From positions 177-64,176 of the forward strand of contig JAJCXQ010000686.1 in assembly GCA_029263355.1 (NCBI GenBank): DNA of 64,000 nt, written 5' to 3'. The notes under the pieces were generated by a model. The model saw only the letters and a program-made list of their open reading frames with translations. It made no database searches and was not told the origin of the DNA. Below are positions 40,058-51,400 of this stretch, in pieces. This DNA comes from Acidobacteriota bacterium. Its GTDB lineage: Bacteria > Acidobacteriota > Thermoanaerobaculia > Multivoradales > J023. How positions within the stretch are numbered: position 1 is the stretch's first letter; every line of letters starts with the position of its first letter. The position numbers and the translations under genes are program-made.

Positions 40058-40280
40058 GCTCGTTCCCCAAAGCTCTACTGTGGAGCTCGTTCCTCGGACG
40101 TCTATGATTTCTTCGGACCCACGCAACTCGGATCCCAAGTTGGCCATCCCATTCGCTGGGATGTTATGTCAGTTGATTCCGCAGTCCAAGCACAACGCCA
40201 TCCCCCACCCCCGTCGAGCGACAGAACAGTGGAGCGTTATACTCTGAGCATCCCGCGACACCAGCCTTCAGCTCCAGCAG

Positions 40281-41486
40281 ATGAGAAAGACATCCAAGGT
40301 CCGCAACACCAAGGTCAACGGTTGTCTCATCGTTGGCTTCTTTGGCATCTTCGCGATCGTGGGCCTTGCCGCAGCCTACTTTCTGACCTGGAAGCCGATC
40401 TCCAGAATCGTCGCGGCTCGAGAATGGGTCGAGACCGAGTGCGTCGTCGTCTCGAGCGATGTCGAAGCCCACCAGGGCAGCGATAGCACCACCTATCGCG
40501 TCGACATCCACTACACCTACGAAGCCGAGTGGCAGACCTACGATGGTCATCGTTACGACTTCAGCGTCGGGTCGTCCAGCGGTTACGATGGTAAAGCGCG
40601 GGTTGTCGAGTCCTTGCCGCCGGGCAGCGAAGCCAGCTGTTACTACAATCCCCTGAAGCCAAGCGAGTCGGTGATCAATCGCGAGCCCGGCTCCTACTTG
40701 TGGTGGGGCCTGTTTCCCTTACCCTTTCTGGCGGTGGGCCTCGGTGGCCTCATCGCCTCGTTGTTCTCATTGAAGTCAGGCGGTGCCCACCCCGGGCGTG
40801 GCGCTGGCCGGCAACCTACGGCGCGTCCCAAACCTCGAGGGTTTCATGCCTCGAGTCAGTCTTCGGGATCAGGCTCTAGGGGCACCTTGGTGCTCGAAAC
40901 CCAGGCCTCTCCGACCACCAAAGTGATCGGCACTTTAGTGTTTGCTATTCTCTGGAATGGCATCGTCAGCCTATTCGTGTTCGGAGACTTCACTTCGAGC
41001 TTCGGTGAAAGTTGGTTCGCCGTGGTTCCGATCCTCTTCCTGACCCCGTTTGTCCTCATCGGGATCGGGCTCATCGGCTTGTTCTTCTACATGGTGCTCG
41101 CCTGGTTCAATCCCCGGCCCAGCTTGACCCTGGCCAACGGTCATCTGACGCCCGGTCAAACGACAACTCTAAGCTGGCAGTTCAACGGCAGCGCGGGACG
41201 CCTTACGAAGCTCACCATCGAGCTTCGGGGCTCCGAAGAGGTACGCTATCGCCGCGGAACCGATACCAAAACCGAGACCCACGTCTTCTACAGCCAACGG
41301 CTGGTGACGGCGGAGCACTTCTCAGTCATCCACCGCGGCCAGGTTGAGATGAATATTCCAGAGGGCACCATGCCGACATTTGATGCCAATAACAACGACA
41401 TCAAGTGGAGCCTGGTGATTTCTGGCGACATTCCACGGTGGCCCGATGTGGACGAAAACTTTCCGATCACGGTTTATCCAGGCTGA
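40281..41486 (+). CDS. DUF3592-domain membrane protein (two-domain)
   Basis: TM helix then W..TEC.V.SS.V......DSTTYRVDIHYTYEA...YNPLKPSESV pattern typical of DUF3592; additional TM pair and second domain. Confidence 0.6.
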   Translation: MRKTSKVRNTKVNGCLIVGFFGIFAIVGLAAAYFLTWKPISRIVAAREWVETECVVVSSDVEAHQGSDSTTYRVDIHYTYEAEWQTYDGHRYDFSVGSSSGYDGKARVVESLPPGSEASCYYNPLKPSESVINREPGSYLWWGLFPLPFLAVGLGGLIASLFSLKSGGAHPGRGAGRQPTARPKPRGFHASSQSSGSGSRGTLVLETQASPTTKVIGTLVFAILWNGIVSLFVFGDFTSSFGESWFAVVPILFLTPFVLIGIGLIGLFFYMVLAWFNPRPSLTLANGHLTPGQTTTLSWQFNGSAGRLTKLTIELRGSEEVRYRRGTDTKTETHVFYSQRLVTAEHFSVIHRGQVEMNIPEGTMPTFDANNNDIKWSLVISGDIPRWPDVDENFPITVYPG

Positions 41487-41842
41487 TGACCCTTCAGATC
41501 CATCTCGACGACCCCAACGCCTATCAACCGGGTGACGAAATTCGCGGCCGGGTCACCTGGCAATCGCTGCAACGTCAACCCAAGTCGGTGTTGATCAGCT
41601 TGCTGTGGCACACCGAAGGTAAGGGTACTGAGGACGTCGAGATCATCGAGCAAATCACCGTCGACGGCCCATCAGCTTCGGGCAGTCGCGAGATCAGTTT
41701 CATCTTGCCAGGCTTCCCGTGGAGTTTCTCGGGAACCCTGCTGTCACTAGTGTGGGCGATCGAAGCCAGCCTGGAACCCGCCGGCGAGGTGACACGGGTC
41801 AACATCGTCTCGGCTCCAGGAGCCGAGGAGATTCAATTGTGA
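41486..41842 (+). CDS. Hypothetical small beta-rich protein
   Basis: ATG overlaps upstream stop (TGATG); MTLQIHLDDPNAYQPGDEIRGRVTWQS...; coupled GTGA to downstream gene. Confidence 0.5.
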   Translation: MTLQIHLDDPNAYQPGDEIRGRVTWQSLQRQPKSVLISLLWHTEGKGTEDVEIIEQITVDGPSASGSREISFILPGFPWSFSGTLLSLVWAIEASLEPAGEVTRVNIVSAPGAEEIQL

Positions 41843-42498
41843 ACGAGCAACCCTTGAGGCGAGCACGCGACAACCCGTTTCGGGTGAGCAGAGTCCACAG
41901 CCTGCGTTACCGCCTCGACGATCCGGACTGGCAGATACTGCTCGATCGATTGGCGCGGCACAGCTATCGCGCCGCCCTCGTCGGGCCTAAAGGCAGTGGT
42001 AAAACGACCCTGCTCGAGGAGTTGGAACAGCGCATCGAAGCGCGCGGTTGGCGTATCGCGCCGGTCCGACTGAGCCGGGAGCGCCGGCGCCCCACCAATG
42101 AGGAGTGGCGACGCTTGAGCGATGCCGGACCCCGGCATCTCGTCACGGTGGATGGTGTTGAGCAGCTCAGCTGGTGGAACTGGCGCGGACTGTCGAGACG
42201 TTGCTGTGGTGCTGGCGGTTTGATCGTCACCAGCCACACACCTGGCCGACTGCCGACCCTGCGTCAGCACCGAACCAACTCAGGCCTCCTAGTCGAACTG
42301 GTGGCCGAACTGCTGACTCCAACCCAGGCCTCGCAACTACGTCCGCATCTCGATCAGCTCTTCGAGCATCATCAGGGTAATCTGCGCGACTGCCTACGCA
42401 GCCTCTATGATGCCTGGGCTCGCGGCGAACACGAGGGGGCGCTCGCGACTCGCGATGACACGGTGAATGCGGTGGACACAAGCCGAAGCGCTGCATAA
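41839..42498 (+). CDS. P-loop NTPase-like hypothetical protein
   Basis: GTG start overlapping upstream stop; Walker A VGPKGSGKTTLLEEL; Walker B-like LVTVDGVEQL. Confidence 0.5.
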   Translation: MNEQPLRRARDNPFRVSRVHSLRYRLDDPDWQILLDRLARHSYRAALVGPKGSGKTTLLEELEQRIEARGWRIAPVRLSRERRRPTNEEWRRLSDAGPRHLVTVDGVEQLSWWNWRGLSRRCCGAGGLIVTSHTPGRLPTLRQHRTNSGLLVELVAELLTPTQASQLRPHLDQLFEHHQGNLRDCLRSLYDAWARGEHEGALATRDDTVNAVDTSRSAA

Positions 42499-42510
42499 TC
42501 AAGACTCCCA

Positions 42511-43791
42511 ATGCCAGATCGACGAATGCCGGATCAACAAATGCCCGCTCCCAGATTGTCGCTGCCGCCGGGTCAACGCGCGGCGGACCGCTTCCCACGT
42601 TTCGGAGCCATCACGCGACCATTGCCCGAAGCGCCCGGCGAGCCTCGGCTACGAATCTCGGGAGCGGTCGAGACAGAGTTCACCTTCGGCCTCGAAGAAC
42701 TTCGTGTCTTGCCGCGGCATGAGCAGGAAAGCGCCTTGCATTGCGTGACCACCTGGACCAAAGAGGGTCTATCCTGGAGCGGTTGGCGGCTCGCCGATCT
42801 GTATCGTCACGTGATCGAGCCGCGCTGTCGGCCTCGGCCGGAGGTCCGGTACCTGATCCTCTTCGGTGACGATGGGTATCGTTGCAGCCTGCATCTCGAC
42901 GACGTTCTTGGAGACAACGCGCTCGCTGATCCAATTCTGATCGCCGACACCCTCGACGGCGAACCGTTGTCATCTATCCACGGCGCGCCGTTGCGCGTCG
43001 TCAGCCCGGGTCAATACGGCTACAAGAACTTGAAACACCTGGCTGGTATCGGGTTGCGCGCCAAACCGATCACCTCGCCCCTGGGTCTCGAACATCCGCG
43101 CGGCCGAGTCGATCATCAGGAGCGCAATGCTCGGTATCCAGCCTGGCTCGTCCGCCGGCCTTATCGGGCGCTGATCGGCGCCACCGCGTTCTTCCAACAT
43201 CGTGGCATCCGCAGCAGGCACTTCGTCGGCCGCCCAACGCTGCTCGACGAACTGATGCCAAACGACGAACATTTCGAGGTCCACGACATCTGGCTCGACG
43301 CCAGCCCGGACGAAGCCTATCGGGCACTGCTCACACTCCGAGGTGACGAGATCCGTCTCCTGCGTCCACTGATGGCGCTGCGGGAGCTACCGGCGCGACT
43401 GGTCGGCCGCACTGTCGGCGGCGATCGCAACGCTCCGGTGCTCGAATCCTTGGTCGCTGGCGGTTTCGTCAAGCTCGCCGAAGAGCCGGGTCGCGAGATT
43501 GTCCTCGGTGTTGTCGGGCGATTTTGGAAACTCACCGGCAATGCTCCGGTGCGTTCCGTCCACGATCGCCAAACCTTCACCGCCTTCAACCAACAGGGCT
43601 ACGCCAAGGCAGCGATGAATCTCTTGGTGCGGGCCGAAGGCCGTGGCAGCCGGCTGATCACCGAAACCCGGATCGATACCACCGACCCAACTGCTGCACG
43701 AAGCTTCCGTCGCTACTGGCGCTGGGTTCGGCCTGGCAGCGGTCTCATCCGTCGCAGCTGGCTCAAAGCAGTCCAGCGACGTTTGATCTAA
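42511..43791 (+). CDS. Molybdopterin-dependent oxidoreductase (sulfite-oxidase/MsrP-like catalytic domain) with C-terminal extra domain
   Basis: RISGAVETEFTFGLEELRVLPRHEQESALHCVTTWTKEGLSWSGWRLADL...DGEPLSSIHGAPLRVVSPGQYGYKNLKHLAGI matches SO-family Moco domain. Confidence 0.75.
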   Translation: MPDRRMPDQQMPAPRLSLPPGQRAADRFPRFGAITRPLPEAPGEPRLRISGAVETEFTFGLEELRVLPRHEQESALHCVTTWTKEGLSWSGWRLADLYRHVIEPRCRPRPEVRYLILFGDDGYRCSLHLDDVLGDNALADPILIADTLDGEPLSSIHGAPLRVVSPGQYGYKNLKHLAGIGLRAKPITSPLGLEHPRGRVDHQERNARYPAWLVRRPYRALIGATAFFQHRGIRSRHFVGRPTLLDELMPNDEHFEVHDIWLDASPDEAYRALLTLRGDEIRLLRPLMALRELPARLVGRTVGGDRNAPVLESLVAGGFVKLAEEPGREIVLGVVGRFWKLTGNAPVRSVHDRQTFTAFNQQGYAKAAMNLLVRAEGRGSRLITETRIDTTDPTAARSFRRYWRWVRPGSGLIRRSWLKAVQRRLI

Positions 43792-44046
43792 ACAGGCCGC
43801 GTCACGACAAAGCCGGCCTTTCGCTTGATCGTGTCTAGCCTCTACACGAAAAAGCGCGACACAGGCTTGATACAAATACTGTAGGGCCCAAGGCTTGTCG
43901 TGCGAACCGCCTGCCGCCGCTCGTTGCTCATCGGCCAGCTTGCATCCCACAAAAACAACCGCGGCGCTTCCGCCGCGGCTCGCGATCAAACCACCCGAGC
44001 GGTCAATGTGAGACGACTCGGGTGCCCTACGGCTCCAGCTGAGGCG

Positions 44047-47000
44047 TCAGGGCTCGAATCGGATATCTGCTTGACCGTACATGCGGCTAGTAACGGTCCG
44101 GGTCGGCCGGGCACTGGGGTTGCTCTGGGTACTGATATAGGTGGACCCTTCGATCCTGATCGGCCCATAAACTTGCGGCAAGGAGGTGATTCCATTGCGG
44201 TAGGAGCCTCCGGATCCGGCGAGGTAAACGGCGACGGTGTAGGTTGTTTCCCCCTGCAACGCTACCGGCGTGATTGGAACATACGCCCAGTCGTTGGCGG
44301 CGGTAACGCTGGCCTGCGCCAGCAGCGCCCCGGTGCTCTTGTTGAAGAGCCTGACGATCTTGGTGCCGTTGAAGAAACCGCCGAGCTCGGTCACCGAGCC
44401 AGCCTTTTCCGGCGTGAAGTGATAGCCCATAGCGTAATTCCAGTTGAGGTTTGTGGCGAGGCTGCCATTGGCGTTCTCTCGCCAGGGTTGTATGCCCGAG
44501 ACGGCGCCGGAGGTGACCGCGATCGTCACCGTCGCGGTATCGGTCAGCCCGCCGACGGCGCGGTCGGCGACGGTGTACGTGAAGGTGTCGGTGCCGACGT
44601 ATCCCGCCGGCGGCGTGTAGTTGAAACCGCCGACATGTCCGGTGTCATTGGTGCCGCCCGCGGCCGTCTCCTGCTCGTAGTCCCTAAGGTACAGGGCGTC
44701 GCCGTCCGGGTCGGAGTCGTTGCCTAGGATCGCTCCAAGCGGAATGGACAGCCGCGTGTCTCGAGGCGTCGTCAAGAAGTCGTCCACGGCCTGCGGCGCC
44801 CGGTTGAGCACGGTGAGGCACGAACCGGAGCTGGCGACGAAGCTGGTGATCGCGGAGATGGACACCGGGTGGAAGGCAGTGGTCGGATTCTGGATCGATC
44901 CACACATCACAGGCCCGCCTTGGATAGGTGTCGGATCCGGGCAGGTGCTGGCTCCGCAGTCGACGTCGGGGCACTCCATTTCGAATTCAGGCTCGGGCAG
45001 CGTGACCTCCAAATGGCGCGCATTGAAGGCGTGCCCGAGTTCGTGGGAAACCAGCCCAGCCTCACGATAGTCGGTCGAAAGCACATAGGCTCGGTCTCGA
45101 TCGCAGATGGTGCCGGCTAGGCCGGAAGTGCCTCGGACGCGAAACTCCCCACCTTGGCTGCTGTCCAAGTAAAGCGCCTTGCCGCTGAAGAGATAGGCGA
45201 CGTCGCGCGCCACATGCTGGCGGTTGGTCTCCCACTCTCGCCAGAGCTCGCACCACTGGCCGTAGGTATGGCAGGTTTCGTAAGGGTCGCCACCCTGCGA
45301 GTCAAAGGTCCGTTGTGAGGTGACTGTGAAGACCAGCCCCGCGTCAGCATAGAAGCCATTGACCATGTTCAATACGCCGAGGATGTGGTTGTTGGTGTTG
45401 CTGCCGTGGATGTCCCAGTACTCGTAATCTGCGTCGGTTGCAATCTCGACCCGGCGCATCGTTTCGAGGTTCTTCTCGAGGCCCGTGAACTGCAGGGCAA
45501 GACCATCGGACTCACTCGCATCCCACAGCCGGTCAGCGTGCTCGTGGAGCTCGGTAACGGCGCAGGAGACGCCGGCGGCCTGCTGGCGCAGGTCGCCGTC
45601 CTCGTAGACCACCACACGGTCGGCGCCACCGCCGGGAACAAATTTATAGGCCGGGTCGACGAAGAACCTCTTGCCGTCGAGCTCCACGTAGCCCATGACA
45701 AGCTCGGCATCGACCAACAGGCGGACGTCGCTTCCGGGATAGCCGGCGACGTGGCCCGCGAACGTATTGACCGCAGCCCGCGGCACATCGATATCACCCT
45801 CCGCAGTCACGATCGTCTCCTGATAGGACGATGCACGAAGTTCATTCGGCTCCAGCACCAGCTCGTAGGGTGAGCCATTGAGAAACATAGTCATCCGGCC
45901 CTTGGCGTCGAGATCGCGGCGCAGGCTGTCCAGATCGATAGATTCCAAAGTGTAGTGAACAAAAGATTCGATCAGTTTCTGGTGGATCTCGAAGTCGCTA
46001 GCGGGCTCAAGGAGCCTTCCGAAACGCTTGCCGCCGCGGCTGAGGTCGCAGGGCCGCGACTCGACTTGGTTCTGGATCGGACACGTCGCCGCGAACACTC
46101 GGTATGGACCACCATCCCAGAAACCGACGCGGTCGGTTCGATCTTTGGCGCATAGGTAGAGGTGGTTGTCACCTGGCGGCACGGTGAGCACACCGCCGGC
46201 GGTGGTCGCAGTACCCGTGGTGCAGGAGCCGTTGTGCGCCACGTTCCATCGGTAGCGCACTTCCGCCAGACCGGAGTTCGCCGCAGTGCCGGAGATGGCG
46301 TCGGCGGCGGTGACGGTCGCGGTGCGCGAGGTGAACCACTCTGTTGAAGCGTTGTCAGCGCTGACGGTAGGGTTGTGACGGTCGACCCGGACGTAGCGCG
46401 GCGTGTTCCAGGGACTCCAGTTGCCGACATTATCCTTCACGCGCACCCAGTATGCACGGCGGAATCCATTCGCCGGCAGCTCGGCGCCGCTGACTGTAAA
46501 CGACGTGCCGCCGCTGGTTGTCAATGTCGACTGGCAGCCGGCAAAGCCACCAGGGGAGTCGTGGCTTCGACACCAGTTGTAGGACTCAGCGTCGACTCCA
46601 GAACCGCTGTCGCTCGCTGGCGCAACGGTAGCGGTGAAACTGCCGGTCACCCAACATTGACCGGGCTCACTGTAGGCGCAGCTGATGGTTGTCGGTCCGG
46701 GAGCCGAAGGGCCGGTCAGGTCCATCTGAACATAGACCTCGTCGTTTTCCGCCCACGTCGAGCAATCGCTGCTAGCGTCGCAAGCGCCGATGTAGTAAGC
46801 ACGACGGAAACCATCCGACGGCAGGTGGCTGCCATCGACGGTGTAGGTGGGGCCGGTGTTGCTGGTCATTACGACGTTGCAGCCGCCCCAGCCGCTGGTG
46901 TCGTTGCTGCGACAGATCCGGTAGTAGTGTGCTCCCGGAGAAAAGTAAAAAAGGGTGAAGCTGCCGTCGACATAACACCTGCCACCGTTGGCGACCGCGT

Positions 47001-47166
47001 CGCACGACGCTGCGGCCCTGTCCGGCGCTGGCGGCGCCGCGGTGGCGGCGCCAGCGCAAAGGACGAGGGAGAGGAGAGTAAGGACGGTCACTGGTCTCAG
47101 AAGAGTGTCGAGCTTCCGACATGCCGGGTTCGGCAAATAGCGAGGACTCGAGGCAATTGCTTTCAT
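44047..47166 (-). CDS. Secreted multidomain zinc metalloprotease-like protein (HExxH...H) with Ig/cadherin-like domain and C-terminal DUF4082
   Basis: Signal peptide; zincin motif VSHELGHAFNARH; VDDFLTTPRDTRLSIPLGAILGNDSDPDGDALYL...TFTYTVAD (Ig/cadherin-like); C-terminal NLNWNYAMGYHFTPEKAGSVTELGGFFNG...TYTVAVYLAGSGGSY (DUF4082-like). Confidence 0.75.
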   Translation of the reverse strand: MKAIASSPRYLPNPACRKLDTLLRPVTVLTLLSLVLCAGAATAAPPAPDRAAASCDAVANGGRCYVDGSFTLFYFSPGAHYYRICRSNDTSGWGGCNVVMTSNTGPTYTVDGSHLPSDGFRRAYYIGACDASSDCSTWAENDEVYVQMDLTGPSAPGPTTISCAYSEPGQCWVTGSFTATVAPASDSGSGVDAESYNWCRSHDSPGGFAGCQSTLTTSGGTSFTVSGAELPANGFRRAYWVRVKDNVGNWSPWNTPRYVRVDRHNPTVSADNASTEWFTSRTATVTAADAISGTAANSGLAEVRYRWNVAHNGSCTTGTATTAGGVLTVPPGDNHLYLCAKDRTDRVGFWDGGPYRVFAATCPIQNQVESRPCDLSRGGKRFGRLLEPASDFEIHQKLIESFVHYTLESIDLDSLRRDLDAKGRMTMFLNGSPYELVLEPNELRASSYQETIVTAEGDIDVPRAAVNTFAGHVAGYPGSDVRLLVDAELVMGYVELDGKRFFVDPAYKFVPGGGADRVVVYEDGDLRQQAAGVSCAVTELHEHADRLWDASESDGLALQFTGLEKNLETMRRVEIATDADYEYWDIHGSNTNNHILGVLNMVNGFYADAGLVFTVTSQRTFDSQGGDPYETCHTYGQWCELWREWETNRQHVARDVAYLFSGKALYLDSSQGGEFRVRGTSGLAGTICDRDRAYVLSTDYREAGLVSHELGHAFNARHLEVTLPEPEFEMECPDVDCGASTCPDPTPIQGGPVMCGSIQNPTTAFHPVSISAITSFVASSGSCLTVLNRAPQAVDDFLTTPRDTRLSIPLGAILGNDSDPDGDALYLRDYEQETAAGGTNDTGHVGGFNYTPPAGYVGTDTFTYTVADRAVGGLTDTATVTIAVTSGAVSGIQPWRENANGSLATNLNWNYAMGYHFTPEKAGSVTELGGFFNGTKIVRLFNKSTGALLAQASVTAANDWAYVPITPVALQGETTYTVAVYLAGSGGSYRNGITSLPQVYGPIRIEGSTYISTQSNPSARPTRTVTSRMYGQADIRFEP

Positions 47167-47655
47167 TTGCTTGCTCCCATAAATCGTACCGGGCGTCGAC
47201 CCGAGCCGACGTAGATAAATCAAAACGAAGGTGCTCAGAGCATCCTCCACGCCACTATTTAGCAAGGTTAATGCCAGGTTGAAAACAGACAGCTGGAGGT
47301 GTGTACCTCAGCGACCGGCACAGCCCAAAAAGCCTTAACACAAAGGGGCAACGGCCTCCCGAGGCCCGGCAGCATTCCATGGCTGCAGATGTCGTCAGCG
47401 CCGGCGGTGGCTTCGCAGCATGCCCACTGCGTGTGCGCGGAGCACACGTCGTGGGCATCTCAAAAGTTTCTAATCTTTCCCAGGAACAACCACAGTCGTA
47501 TCGGCCTTCGTATCACGGGCCTACGTCAAAACCTCTGTTCCTTGGCGACGAAGCGCCAACGGGGCGCCGGTGCTGGATGGACCGGGCGGCCGATCTTCCG
47601 GCTGGACTGCACACCCACACGGAAAAGGTGGCTGCGCGGAGCGTATTTGATACCC

Positions 47656-48411
47656 CTAAGCCTCGTCCGAACCCTCCTGGACGACACCGACCATGTCATC
47701 ACAATCGTTGATCTCGAGCTCGAATCGCCAGCCTTCGTAGCTCATCAACATGCGCCCCATCTCGTACCACGAGATATCACGTCCGTCGATGACCAAACGA
47801 GGGAGGTCGCCGTCGGTCTCTTCGTCCCACTCGATCTGGCCACGGACATTACCCTCAGCAATCTGTGGCTGCTCATCCGTCGTGAGGTATTTCTTCCCCA
47901 ACTCGTCACGCATCCGCTGGTACAAGACTCGAAATAGATCCATAGGATCTTTCTCAGCATCGCCGAGGACGCTGAACTCGTAGCCTTTGACCTCACCTTG
48001 ACGCACCTCGAGGGCGTCAATCTTGACCACCTCGCCGTGGAGATGGGTTCGAAACTCGAAGTCGTGCTCGGCGCCCGTGCTGTCTGCGACACTGATCGGC
48101 ACGAAGTCGGGGTGTTCAAAATCGAGCTCCATGGTGACGCTCATCATTTCGTTGTAACAGCGACCACAGAGCAGGGTTCCAGGATCACCCTGCTCGCGCA
48201 AAAGCTGGACGCCATCATGGGAGCGGATGACCTTGTTGCAGTTTTGGCAGCGATCTTTCAACCCAAAGCCTCCGCGATCAAACGAGCCTGTTCTTGCTTG
48301 TGGGCTGCCGCCGAACCCGTCGCCGGACTGGCCGACTCTGGGCGGGTGACGGCCTCCAGCGGCCACCGACCAAAAAGCTGGCGACTGAGGCGCAATAACA
48401 GGAAGCTCCAA
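47656..48411 (-). CDS. Hypothetical protein with CxxC...CxxC zinc-ribbon; start uncertain (5' part overlaps sucA 3' end)
   Basis: CQNCNKVIRSHDG...LLCGRCYNEM; ORF overlaps 48258..48411 of the sucA-like gene, so true start likely downstream. Confidence 0.4.
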   Translation of the reverse strand: MELPVIAPQSPAFWSVAAGGRHPPRVGQSGDGFGGSPQARTGSFDRGGFGLKDRCQNCNKVIRSHDGVQLLREQGDPGTLLCGRCYNEMMSVTMELDFEHPDFVPISVADSTGAEHDFEFRTHLHGEVVKIDALEVRQGEVKGYEFSVLGDAEKDPMDLFRVLYQRMRDELGKKYLTTDEQPQIAEGNVRGQIEWDEETDGDLPRLVIDGRDISWYEMGRMLMSYEGWRFELEINDCDDMVGVVQEGSDEA

Positions 48412-51400
48412 GCGCCCATGTTGCGTGGCTCTTCTTGTACCCAGACGATCGGCGTACCGTCGGCATAGGGAGACAACGCGGCTTCGAGAAGATCTGTGGA
48501 CAGCGGGTAGTACTGCTCGAGTCGAACGATCGCCACGTCGTCGCGCTCACCTTCCTGTCGCGCGGACTCGAGCTCGTAGTAGACCTTGCCGCTGGTGAGC
48601 AGCACTCGTTTGACGCCTGCCGGGTCGACCTGGTCGTCGGCGATGACCCGTTGAAACCGCCCCTCGGCGAGCTGATCCATACTCGAGACCGCCTGCGGAT
48701 GGCGCAACAGGCTCTTGGGCGACATCACGATCAACGGTTTTCGCCAGGGCCGCAGCACCTGGCGTCGCAAGCAGTGGAAAAACTGCGCCGGTGTCGTCAG
48801 ATTGACAACTTGAATGTTGTCTTCCGCTGCCAGATTTAGAAACCGCTCGAGGCGAGCAGAGGAATGCTCCGGCCCCTGGCCCTCGAAGCCGTGGGGCAAC
48901 AACATCACGAGGCTCGACAGCCGCCGCCACTTGTCTTCACCCGAGGTGATGAACTGATCGATGATCACCTGCGCACAATTCGAGAAGTCTCCAAACTGTG
49001 CCTCCCACACGTTCAAACCTTCCGGTGTATCGAGACTGAAGCCGTACTCGAATCCGACGACGCTGACCTCGGACAACGGACTATCCCAGACGTGGACCTC
49101 GGCCTGTCCCGCCGCCAAGTGTTGCAACGGCACATGGACTTCACCACTTTGCGAGTCGTAGAGCAACGCGTGGCGGTGGCTGAACGTGCCGCGCCCGGAG
49201 TCCTGGCCACTGAATCGCACCGGCGAGCCTTCGACCGCCAAGGACGCCAGGGTCAGAGTCTCGGTCGCACCCCAATCGAGAGGCTGCTCCCCCGCCGCCA
49301 TTTTGAGCCGATTGTTGAAAATCCGCTTCAGGGTTTTGTGAATGTTGAAATCGGGTGGAATCTCGGTGCTCTTTCTCAGCAGCGCAGCGAGCTTTTCCTT
49401 TGCGACACCGGTCTCGACCTCGGGTGAGTCGCGGTCCGCACCGCCGCGGTAGCCGTGCCACAGCCCCTCTCCCGAACGCGGCCCACCCAGCTTGTACTCC
49501 GGATCCTGCGCCATGCTGAGCTCGTCGTCCAAAACTCGAGACCGCTGCTCTTTGATCTTCTGCGCCTCTTCGCGCCGGATCCCGCCGAGCTCCAGGAGAT
49601 AGTCGAGGTAACCCTCTCGGACCGTCTTGCGTTGGCGAATGACCTCGTACAGCAGCGGCTGGGTGAACCTCGGCTCATCACCTTCGTTGTGGCCGTGACG
49701 CCGGTAGCAGTACATGTCGATGATGACGTCCTGTTGAAACTCGCGTCGGAAATCCATCGCCGTACGCACCACCCGGGCGACGGCTTCCGGGTCTTCACCG
49801 TTGACGTGGAACACCGGGGTCTGGACCATGCGAGCGACGTCGGTGGCGTAATGGGTCGAACGCGCCATCTCCGGCGAGGTCGTAAAACCGATCTGGTTGT
49901 TGACGATGACGTGCAACGTGCCGCCGGTGCGATAACCCGGTAGGTCCGCCATGTTGAACAGCTCCTGGATCACCCCTTGGCCAGCAAAAGCCGCGTCACC
50001 GTGTACCAAGATGCCGAGGCAGCGGCGATGCTCAGTATCACCGAAACGCTGCTGCTTGGCCCGCACTCGCCCCTGGAGCACCGGGTTGACGAACTCCAAA
50101 TGACTGGGATTGAAGCACAGCGACAAGTGCATCTGGCGACCGTCTTCCGTAGCTCGGTCGGAGCTGTAGCCGAGGTGGTATTTGACATCACCACGGCCGA
50201 TGAACTCCTCAGCGTGATCGTCGGCGAATTCGCGAAAAATCTCGCGTGGGCTCTTGCCCATGATGTTGACCAAAACATTGAGACGCCCACGATGGGCCAT
50301 GCCGAGGACCACCTCTTCGACGCCTTGATCACCGGCCTCTTCGAGGGCGAGATCGAGCAATGGAATCAGGGTCTCTGCCCCCTCCAGCGAGAAGCGCTTG
50401 GCGCCCAGAAACTTCTTGTGGATAAATTGCTCGAAGAGCTCAGCATCGGTCAGCTTGGTCAAGATCCGCAATTTCTCATCGCGACTCAACTGACGATGAT
50501 GGTTGGAATCTTCGAGGCGGTTGATCAGCCAGTTCTTGGCATGCACGTCGTCGATGTGCATGAATTGCACGCCGATCGAGCGGCAATAAGCAGACTCGAG
50601 CAAAGCCAGGATATCGCGCAAGGTCAGGACGGTGGTTCCAGCGATCGTGGTCGATGAGAACAGCGAGTCGAGATCTTTCTCCGACAAGCCCCAATGCTCG
50701 AGCTCGAGCTCCGGATTCGAGCCTCTTGGACGACCGAGGGGATCGAGCTTCGCCAACAGGTGGCCACGCACCCGATAAGCGTGAATCAAACGGTTGACCC
50801 GATCCTGGCGGGAGCTGCGCTCGCGCAGACGCAGAGACAGCATCCGGAGGAAACCACGGTTGAGTGCCGGGCGGCGTTCGAGTTGCACCAACAGATCAGC
50901 CCGCGACAGACTCAGGGTGGTGACATTGCCGTGGGCTACGATGTCGGCAGACCGTGGTTGAGCATCGAGCACCGACATCTCGCCAACCACATCACCGGGG
51001 TGCAAGGTGATAATGATCTCGTCCTTGCGCCGCGCCGAAAGCTCGCCCTCGATCAACAAGAACAGACGGTCACCCTCTTCCGCTTCCCGGCACAGGAACT
51101 CGCCGTCGGCGAAACGCTCTTCGACCGCCAGCACTGCCAAGGCGGCAATTTCTTCCCGCGGCAGTCCTTTGAAGAGCTTCAGTTTTTGTAGAAACTCGAT
51201 CCTCTCGGCCACCTCGCGGGAGATCGCCACCGGCGCTTCGGCGGCGGAGGCGGCTCCGGTCGCTGAGGCACCAACGGTAGCCGACACTCCAGTTGTCGAC
51301 ACTCTAGCCGTCGACCCTCCAGCCATCGACTTCGGCGCTACAGCACTGACATCACTCGGTGGATCGAAAATGCTGGCGGCTTTGAAACTCGGACCGTCCA

